Shown piece after piece: positions 53,723-64,000 of a DNA stretch of 64,000 nt (positions within the stretch are counted from its first letter, which is position 1; each line of letters opens with the position of its first letter). Made by a program: the position numbers and the translations under genes. Source of the stretch: the human T2T-CHM13v2.0 reference genome, Homo sapiens; NCBI RefSeq assembly GCF_009914755.1, contig NC_060942.1. One strand, written 5' to 3'. The notes under the pieces are model-generated. The model saw nothing but the letters and a program-made list of their open reading frames with translations. It made no database searches and was not told where the DNA came from.

Positions 53723-56002
53723 ATAAGTGCTTATGTGTGATGACAACTGTACTTCATTTTTAACAGTGTTCTTATGAAGACACATCTCTTCAAAAGTATC
53801 TAAAAACCATAAATACTTCACTCTGTTAATTTATAGAAAACTAGTTTTTCTCATGTTTCTCTCTCTTATTTATTTGATTTTGCAAATACTTTTTTCAGAG
53901 ACTTTCTACATGCTTCAGGTAGTTTTCAGCTGGTATTCGTTATCTTAATATAGGTACAACTAAATTTCTTATAAAAATTTCTTAATTGTGTTATGTTAGT
54001 CACTGACAGCCTTTTAATTCTGTACATTTTGTGAGCACTTTTAAGATAGTAGAACAGTCTTTCAGTAATCAATTAAATGTCTATTAATATGCATATTTCC
54101 CCATAGTATTCACTATGTAATTAATGTTCAGGTCATGTAGAAAATAAGTCTTTTCATTAATGTGACTATTAAGCATGAAAACATTGATAAGATGGTATTT
54201 ACAGCTATAAATCACATGAATAATTTTCTGTAGAATAGGGAAAGGCAAACATGTTAAATATGTAACTCGTATAATTTTTAAAATGACTCTTGAATTCCAT
54301 TTACAAAATTGAAAATACTTACCCTTATAATAGGAAATTAATCACTATACATTAATATTTTTTGTGGATTGCTGAAGGCAATCTTACAAACATAAAATCC
54401 CCACCAGTTTGAAATTCTAAACCCAAACACAACAAATATTTTAGTAGTTTTAGCATTCATGACATTACCAGTTCAGGGACAATTTAATGAAAATTGGAAA
54501 TATCTACACAGCATTGTTATTCTCAGTGTACATTTGTTTTGTAATTAGATACCATAGTGTTTTAAAAATAAAAGGTAGAGACATGAGAAATGAACAGTTC
54601 ACCTTTGTGACTGGGCAGCCCAATCAATGACCATTAGCAATCTTTACTCTGAGAAGCTGCTGCAGTATATAATCATCTGCTGGATGAGTTTTAAGCTATG
54701 ACATGATATGAAGAAATCTAAAAACAGCTTAGAAAAGCTATTTTTCTGCTCTGTCTTAAAATGTAATTGTAAAAATCATTATTTAGCTTCTGGCAAGCAC
54801 TTTTTCTTTTGTCAATCCTTTAGAGCCTTGACCTGTAAATAATTTTTGTTTATGGAGTTTCTTTGCAAAATTCACCACAGGTATTGCTTTTTCAACAACT
54901 TATTAGTTCTTAATTTTGGTAAATTAAAACTTTTTAATATGTTGGAAATTATTTGAAATTCAATTTTGTTCTAATTTCCATGTCGCATATTAACCAATAC
55001 TAGATGCTTTTATAAATTCTGGATTATCTAATACCTCTTTTTTAAACAATATTTTTGTTCATATGATTTACTTGGCATGTACAAGTTATCCTCTTATAGT
55101 TGCAATTTTTAAACAAAGCCTAAGGATTCTAAATATTCTGTGAAAGGAAGATACTGTTCCTTTGATTTAAACAGGATGCTTAAATTTCTATTGCAAAAAA
55201 AGTCATGTCTGTAATTGGAATAGCTAAGCTATTCATTCCAGAAAAATTACTTTTAATTGAGATATGAATACTGATTTTTGTAATGAGTTCCTTTTCTTGT
55301 AGAAATAAAAATTACACCTTTCTCTCATGAAATGTGTAGAATGCTAAGAAGTTAATAGTAATGAATGATGAACATAACAATTATGCAATTTTTATAGTTT
55401 AGATATTTGTAACTATATCATTGAAATAATTATAAAGGTGACAGATGCCATGAATCACTCATTTAACAATAATTTTAATAACTTAAAAAATGAATTTAGT
55501 GACCCTATAATTATGTAGAAAATCATATTATAATACTAAACCAATTACAATGTATGAGAACACAAGATTGTGTGGAATTGAGGAGCATGAATAAAGTTTG
55601 ATAAATTAGCAATGTCCCATACACCAGATTTTAATATCTCTTCAGGTCACTTTTTTAGGAAAAGGCTTTGGGCTATTTTAATGATAGACTTTGTATACTT
55701 AAAATGTATAAGCCTAATAGTTATAAATCAAACATTTCACTAAAACAAAAACTGTATGAAATGAGCACAGGATTGCCACAAATCCTTTTAAATTACCAAA
55801 CTTGTATCAGATACTTTTCACTACAGAGAAACTTGTGTAAAATTCTAATATTTTATATAAATTCAACCCATTTAAAATGAAATTTCTGTATTGAATTTAT
55901 TCTATTAGTGCCAGAATAGAAGCTTTCTATCTGCAAAGGCAAGAATGGTGATTACTCTACAACCACTTTATTTCAATAGTGAATGGATTGTACAGGAGGT
56001 TT

Positions 56003-56166
56003 TATATATATAATATATATGTATATGTATTATTTTATATATATAATATTTTATATATTATTTTATATATGAAATATTTATATATATAAACTTATATATT
56101 ATATAATTTATATAATATATATTTTATATAATTTATAATATATAATATTATATATATAATATATAT
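56003..56166. repeat. AT-rich (TA)n low-complexity tract
   Basis: Directly visible. Confidence 0.95.
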
Positions 56167-56243
56167 TAGGTTGAATCACATAAAACTTCTACTGTTATAG
56201 GTTCAGAATTTCATATAAAAGCAATTTCTGTTTAGTCAGCCAA
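56166..56243. mobile_element. MADE2-like mariner MITE, degenerate
   Basis: ~80 bp starting 'ttaggttgaa' with 'gcaatttc' near the other end. Confidence 0.5.
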
Positions 56244-56257
56244 CACACAGAAGAGTA

Positions 56258-56301
56258 TTAGGTAGGTAGGTAGGTAGGTAGGTGTGTAGGTAGGTAGGTA
56301 G
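56258..56301. repeat. (TAGG)n microsatellite
   Basis: Directly visible. Confidence 0.92.
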
Positions 56302-56319
56302 ATTGAATAATAGGTAGAA

Positions 56320-56790
56320 GTAAGACCTGTGTCACACCAGCATCCCAGCATTCTGGTTAAGTATAAGAACTATAACCTTGTCAGTATCTAACAAGCCCTC
56401 ATCTGCCCTTTCCATCTCTTCTCTTTACTTTTATGCTAGTCACTTCCTTGGGATATCTTGTAATTGTATTACTTATGAGTGTATCCCTAAATGACATATT
56501 TTTAATTTATGAATTTTTAACTTATGTTTATGAGTTTTTAAAGAGTGGAATCAAAACTATGCAACCAATATTTAACTTGCTTCTTTTGTGCAAATTTGTG
56601 TTCTGAAATTCATACAAGATTACATCCATAGCTGTGGTTCACTTCTGTGTAATATTCACTTAAACAAATATACTTTATTTTTTTCATGATAAGACTGGTA
56701 AGTTGTTTCCTCATTTATCACATGATAAATAATGCTGTGTGCACAAAGAACATGTGATATAGTTTTATAGGATATAAACCCAGTCTCTCC
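56320..56790 (-). mobile_element. Old L1ME-type 3' fragment
   Basis: 'gtatccctaaa...gtggaatca...ttgcttctttt...aataatgctg...ggatataaaccca'. Confidence 0.5.
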
Positions 56791-57025
56791 AGGTAATGTT
56801 AATTTAGGCTACAGTTCTAAACAAGGACAGCATTATAATTGCAATGTATCAGGGATTTTTTTTCCCTTCCCTGTGTTATGTTCAGTGTCAAGGTAAATTT
56901 CTGTATAATCATTTGAAAGTAAGAGAAGGTCGTCCACTATTTTACATGTGGTCACATTTACATTGAGGATGTAGCACTTATGACTCTCCACCTTTATGTT
57001 GAGACGTTTTCTTTCTTTCGGGGGA

Positions 57026-57202
57026 GGGTTTATATTGCAAACAAAAATACAGGTTACTGAGTTAACGTTAAATTTCTGATAAATGCTTTCTTTAGTATAA
57101 ATACATCCCCAAAACTGAATGGAGCATACTTATACAAAAAAAGTTGTTATTTATCTGAAATTCAAGTTTAATTGGCTATCATGTATTTTATCTTGCAACT
57201 CC
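57026..57202. mobile_element. MER53 palindromic DNA-transposon MITE
   Basis: Inverted arms aaaatacagg...agttaa...aatttctgataaa...tagtataa / ttatac...tttatctgaaatt...ttaattgg...tgtatttt...gcaac. Confidence 0.75.
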
Positions 57203-59209
57203 ATTTTAGATTTCCCATCTTAGGGAGGTCTTAGATTTTTTTCTTCTGCTCCCCAAGACTTGAGAGACCATTGGAAACAAGAAAATGCACTCTAAACAAA
57301 AGAGAAATTTTTGTTCCACTTTCCACACAGGTCTTGTTTTCACTTAGATCTTTGCCCAACAACTTTTTACAATATTGCCAGTTGTTTATTACTGCAGAAA
57401 TTTGATGAAATGAAATTTTCTCCATGTCGTGTGGTATGGGGGGGTTTGAATGACTGGATCGTCCTTTACCAAAAATTTAGCTTTTATTTATATCTTATGT
57501 TTGCTTATGCATCATTTGTTGAATGTTTCTATACTACATTTTACATGATAAGGGCTATCCTTTGTTTTACATGAGAAAGTGACCAAAGTATTTTGATTTA
57601 GCAGAAATATTTAAATATAATTTGGAGATTTTATAATGATTTCCATTCCCTGTATTTTTCTACCGCTGGTATGTTTTACTCTAGTAAATGACCAGAGACC
57701 CAGAGACTGCGCCACACTGCCAAGGGATGAGGGACATCACCCAGACATGGAAGGCGCCCCCTCTTCGGTCGCCCTCTCCCCTGCAGTTCCCTTACCCTTC
57801 TGTGTATGGTAGAGCTACCCTCCAGGCCTCCAGTCTCTGAACAGGCTCCTACTCTGAGAGACTTCCCCACATGCAAACATCTCAAGGCTTTTCTCAGTAA
57901 ACTTTGTGTTTTCCATGTCATATGTTTTCCCTAGATCAGCCCCAAACTCCTGGAAGCCCTGTGATTATCTACATGTTAACATATTTATCAGATCTGTTCC
58001 TTCTTCACTAAGTCGCTGTCAATGTCCAAAACCAAGTGTTCATCAGTTTTCGCTTGGACTAATTTCAGTATCTAATTCTCCCACTCTCTAGTCATCCATC
58101 CTACCTTTTAGTAAGAGATGTGTTTCTGAAAATATCTGCTAGTGATAATTTTTTACTTATTTGGTGATGTCTCTATATTGATTTTTGAGAATATGAACAT
58201 TTTGGGAAACTATATAAAGTATTTCACAATCTGTCTTCCTACTAATTTAACAGCCTCCTCTACTATCTCTCTTTTTCACAGTTGATTCACCAGTCTGCAA
58301 TGCAGTAACTGCAACACACTTTTCTTAAACAAAAATACTTGGTGAGAGGACAAACAGTTACACTTGTGAATAAAAGCTTCACAAGTTTTAGACTTGATGT
58401 CTCGGTGACACATATGTGTGAGGGACTGAAATGGTGCTTTTTATTATATACCTTCTCCCAGTGAAAAATTAGAGTATACATTCTTGTGCCAGTGTGAACA
58501 TTACCTGCTCTCTTTTAAGAATTATGTTTTGCTTATTCAATCAAGTATAAGCAGAGAATGAACTGCCCAAGACAGAGGGGACTTGTTTTGAATTATGGCA
58601 AAAAGAATGAGATACTTCAATGGAAGCTGAAAGTAATGCTATTAAATAAAATAAAAATGAATTAGATAAAAAATAATTTGTAAAATATGCTGGAGGGTAA
58701 GGGAAATGAAAATAAGAGGGAGAATATAAGACTAACTTTCCTGGTGTGCCATCAGTCATTCAGCTGTGTAAAATGGAAGTAAATTATCTAAATATATCAG
58801 GTGATGCCTAAGTATCAAGGAAAGGGTTTATACAAGGTTGAGAGAACCCCCAAATATAAATATTTCTCAGAAAAGCTTGGAATACTGAAAATATTATCAA
58901 TAGAAAAAGAGAGCAGTGAAGAGCAAGGACAAAGAAGGTTTCTGAGTAGCCTCTCGTTAGTGTTATTTGGACTATGCATTTAAATATGTGTATTCATATA
59001 TGCATAAATATGTATATAATTTGTATTTTATTCATGAAAATTATAGTGCTTCTATTTATACAAGGTTTATGAGGCTGGTAATGAGAGATAGTGTATGATA
59101 GTGCAACATTTATTCCCAGTCATAACACCAGGCAAAAGGCAGAAGAATCATAAAAATTCTTAATTTGGATCATCTTGAACAATAAAAAAAATTTAAATGC
59201 AGTTTTTAT

Positions 59210-59212
<3 letters not shown>

Positions 59213-59251
<39 letters not shown>
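59213..59251. repeat. Perfect (TG)n microsatellite
   Basis: Directly visible uninterrupted TG run. Confidence 0.97.
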
Positions 59252-59254
<3 letters not shown>

Positions 59255-60631
59255 GAGAGGGAAGTAAATATAACCACAACATACAAGCTAGAGCCATCAA
59301 AAATTAGGTTTCTATAAAGTAGTATAGCTCAGAGGGTTTGATCATGCAGACTGTCATCACTTTGGAAAGTATGACAGTTTAGGTCAGCCCAGGTGAGCTT
59401 CTAGGGCCAGCTTGTTTCGGCTACTCTAACAAATTATAGAGTTGCAAATTAAACCCTGGTCCTCAGAACATAATCCCTCCATTTTCCTCCATCACACTGA
59501 GCAGTTACTACATTAAAAGGTTAAAAACACTTAGCCTCTGAATTTCATTGAGGTTATGATGCTTCTGGCATGGATCTGTGCTGGGGCACACACCACTTAC
59601 CTTTCCATATTTGTACCTGGGAATTTTGGCATCATTCTGCTTACCTCACTTGTTTTCCTTTCTTTTCCTTCCTCTTTTTTCTGTAGTTCCTGACCCTTGA
59701 TCTTTGCATTCAGACACGGTTCACTACTCCCTATTGAACAAAATAATCATATTTAAATACTGGTTTCACTTGTAGGACACTTATTGCTGATTGATGTTCA
59801 TAACTCTCTTTCACTGAATGACTTTAATTCATTCCCAGAAATGCTGACACAAAATGAAAAACCCTTAGATGAAAAAAATAATATTTTTGAAGAGAAAAAT
59901 TATGTTGCATTCTATGACAATCCTAGACACCCAAACAATTTTCACAGACAAAGATTATAAACTACATCATTACAACTAATTTTTGTAGGTAATGTACACC
60001 AATTTGAAAGTAAATAAATACATATTTGCACATAAAAAGCAATATAATGCAAGTTTATTGGAAAAGTTGAAGGAGGAAGAAAAGTCTTAAGAAGGTTCAT
60101 CACTCTTCAAAAGGTGTGATGGATTTTTCAGACAGGCATTCCACATCAAAATCAGTGAAGCCTGATGATAATTTTATTTTCATTGAAACGTTGACATGTA
60201 GAAAGAGCTCTGATGCAGAAAGTTGTGTGATAACCATAGAAGAAGTGAATTCTTTAGGCCAAAAAAAAAGATGCATTTTTGTTGACTTCTTTAAGTTTGT
60301 ATTAATATACGTCCTTGAAAGTCACTTTGCCTGATAGAGAACAATTTCCTAGAATGTGCCACTGATTCAGAACTCTCTCTTCTTACATCTTCTAAAACAA
60401 GCGTAGATTCAGTAAAGCTAAACCAGATGATAGGTTAATGTCATTTATGTATATCCCACTTCAGTTGGATTCATCTTTTCTTTATGGATAAAGCATTCTT
60501 ACTCTATTGTATGATTTGTAAAATATGTATCTTCAAATTGTGGGGCTTTTGAATATCTTGTACATAAAGTGTTCTCACACATAAAGTTATAATGGAGAAA
60601 AATATGTTTGGGTAAAATAATGAATATATGT

Positions 60632-61063
<432 letters not shown>

Positions 61064-61099
61064 TCATCCAAACATGGTAAAACCTTCCCATTAGTTCTA

Positions 61100-61124
61100 T
61101 AGATAGATAGCTAGCTAGATAGAT

Positions 61125-61167
<43 letters not shown>
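61100..61167. repeat. Compound (GATA)n tetranucleotide STR
   Basis: Interrupted 5' part, then about ten perfect GATA units. Confidence 0.97.
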
Positions 61168-61228
61168 GTAATCTGGCTAAGAATACTGTTGTGTGGTATA
61201 AAATAGTGGGCAACGTTCTCTGCAGTTA

Positions 61229-61267
61229 TAAGTTTGATGCAAATGTAATTGCAGTCTTGCCATTATA
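61229..61267 (+). mobile_element. Partial MADE1 MITE
   Basis: 'taagtttgatgcaaatgtaattgcagtcttgccatta' resembles one Hsmar1/MADE1 TIR. Confidence 0.55.
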
Positions 61268-62420
61268 ATAGAATGCTGAAGATGCCACTTCTTATAACAA
61301 ATATATTTATATTGTATAGTTTTGAGTTAAAAGTATAAGTTTTTTTATACTAAAAAGAAGTATTCTCTTAAAAAATGTCATATGTTTTCAATAGCTATTA
61401 TGGCTAAAATATAAAGACAAATGCCTTCTTCTCATATTTAACCTAAGATTGATTGAAGTTATTTCAGTTTTAAAGAATCTCAGGTCTATGATGATTTATA
61501 TGTGATCACTAATTACTTCATGATAAGGTTGACAAACTCCTTCTTTTCTTTAAAGGCATATGGGTGCTTTCCTAGTTATGCACCATCTAACTAAGAATCA
61601 AATTACTATCTTTTTTTTGTCTGTTGCATGCCTGTTTAGAGACTAAACCTGGTATTTCATGTTGTTTAATAGGAGGACTGCCATGAAACCAATTTTCACA
61701 TCTTTGAATAATGCTCTTTAGCCCAGAACAAATGTAAACCTTGCTTACACAGATATGAACAAACAACAACAAAAAAGTTAATAAAATTGAATAAAATTTT
61801 TAAAAACTATTACCAGAATAAAAAAATATGAGCTCTAGTTAATTTAGAAACCTGGAGCTAGTTGGTAGAGAGTAAAGGTGAAGAAAAACATCAAGTTTAT
61901 AATTTGTGCACAATTATCACCTTTGTACATGTCTTTGTTTCCTGGTCCATATCATGGAAACAATTCAAACATAAAGAGATATGCTGCAGCTCATTGAAAT
62001 GAGTTATATATGTTTGTTATTAGTTATGTTCTTTAAAAGTAGTGTAATAAAATAAGGTTGTATGTTTTATCTAGATTTGTAATTTTTGAACCTTTTGGTC
62101 GAGTTTCATATTCCAGCTACATTATTGTAACTGATGAATATTATAACAAATTTGTGTAAAGGAAGTTAGTCACTCATAGCACAAAATATATAGGGGTTTC
62201 ACCCCTTGACTCAAAAATTATTTTTCTCAATTATTTTCTCTCTTGAAGTATGCCATTTCAGTCATTATTTATAAATAATTAAGTAATTTTAATGAGGCAA
62301 ATACTTTTCTTAAAATTGTTTAAACAGTATCTGGTTAATAGGTCAAAACTAGATTACCCAAGAAGGTAATAAGGATCTTAATTATAACTAGTGTTGGATT
62401 GCCATTAGTTTTGATACGTA

Positions 62421-63078
62421 GGTCAACCAAAAGAGTCAAACTGTGTAAAATATTTGAAGAGATTTATTCTGAGCCAAATATGTGTGACCAGTGGCTTGTG
62501 ACACAGCTCTCAGGAGATCCTCAGAAAATGTGCCCAAAATTGTCAGGCTAAAGTTTGGTTTTATACATTTTAGGTAGACATAAGACATCAATTAGTACAT
62601 TTATGATGTACGTTGGTTCTGTCCGGAAAGGTCAGACAACTGGAAGTGAGGTCTTACAAGTCAAAAGTGGATTCAACAATTATCTGATTGACAATTGGGT
62701 GAAGGAGTTATTATCTAATGCCTGGACTCAATAGAAAGGAATGCCTGGGTTATGATAAAAGGTTGTGGAGACCAGGGTTTTGTCATGTAGATGAAGCCTT
62801 CAGGTTACAGGATTCAGACAGGATAGATTGTAAACATTTCTTGTAAGACTTAAAGAGTCTATCAGTCTGAAGTTCTGTGTTGATGTAAATGCTGGTCAGT
62901 GGGACCTGAATTTCAAAAGGGATAAGTGTATAATGAAGCATGTCCTACTTCTGCTTCCCATCATGGCCTGAACTAGTTTTTCAGGTTAATTTTGGAATGC
63001 CCTTGGCCAAGAGGAGGATTGCATTCAAATGGTGGGGGTGGGTGGAGGGGGTGGTTAGAATTTTATTTTTGGTTTACA
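62421..63078 (-). mobile_element. MER4-family (ERV1) LTR, the 3' LTR of a provirus
   Basis: 'aagagatttattctgagccaaatatg...ttttatacattttagg...tttatttttggtttaca'. Confidence 0.88.
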
Positions 63079-64000
63079 TTCTCCCCCTTCTGGCCAAGAT
63101 TTGCAAGAGGCAGCAATGGCTATCACACTTTTATTTTGTCCCGTAGTGTTGCCAAGGTGGCATGGCTGCCTACCCTGAGTCCACCCCGTTCCTTGGTGGA
63201 ACGCCTATGACCAAACGACTTAGAGACAAAAGATTTATAGCCAATTTCAATGTTCTAGGCCAGGCAGGAATGGACATGGACAGGCATTAATTAACCCTTA
63301 AAATTTGTAAAGTAATACAAAAGCCAGCAAATATAAAGCCAATGGTGAGCTTGAAAGTTGACTTGTCTGTCTTTAATTTCTATATATTGAGCTACTGTAA
63401 TCTTGGTTTTATTTATAGACTTACAGTAATTAGCTATAAAAAACATAAGCATTGTTAAAACCTTTTAAGCTAATGAATTTGGAGACCTTCTTTGTGCCAC
63501 AATGCTTTCTGTGATCTTTTAGAACTTTGTCCTAAAGTGGCTGATTTAAAAAAAAAAATCTGTTAATATATATGTAGCTGCATAATTCTCATAACTAGGT
63601 GTATTATACATACCAGGAGGCTTTGCCATGAGGTATCTTTATATCCTCTCAGTAGTAATTTTCTTTTAAACTCTATGAGAAGCAGAAAATACTTTATGGT
63701 TGAGATTGGTGAAAAGGTGCCAGGTAATAACCCAGGAGGCAAAGTCCTTTCTTTTACTAGCTGTTTAGGCATTCTGTGTAGCATTCCTTGATTTGAAGGA
63801 TCTGAACTAATCCTATCCCTCAAAACTGGCTTTTATAATCTCACATGCCCACCTCTTCCACAATCGTCCCTAGACCTAGAGAGAGGGTGCTTGAATAGTT
63901 TTAGCAGCAGGAAATTTGCTGTGAAAAACAGATCAGGCCAGTGTGATTCTAAACGAGGAACATTCACAGGCTTTTGGCAAATCATCTCTAGTTTTCAGAA
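63079..64000 (-). mobile_element. MER4-type internal sequence running off the window edge
   Basis: A polypurine tract (minus strand aagggggagaa) abuts the LTR, as expected upstream of a 3' LTR. Confidence 0.78.

Overview
This is AT-rich primate non-coding DNA, very probably human because it carries an AluYa5-type insertion. It is gene-desert or deep-intronic and dominated by nested transposon fossils: L1, Alu, MaLR, ERV1 and ERVL LTRs, an HSMAR2 mariner, MIR, L2 and MITEs, plus microsatellites. I found no credible protein-coding exon, RNA gene or CRISPR-like array; the interpretable ORFs in the track are Alu, L1, MaLR, mariner or simple-repeat read-throughs. I see no evidence of a new biological system. 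The notable structure is genomic history: (1) an HSMAR2 split by a full-length L1 and an Alu; (2) a twin-primed inverted L1 carrying a complete MST element; (3) two templated-insertion-like local duplications, a 78-bp unique-sequence copy and a chimeric ~180-bp insert inside an L1; (4) a CpG-rich LTR12 5' stump cut off by a deletion; (5) a young AluYa5 with a perfect 16-bp TSD. Subfamily names come from my recall of consensus sequences and need RepeatMasker/Dfam confirmation. Boundaries of old repeats are approximate.
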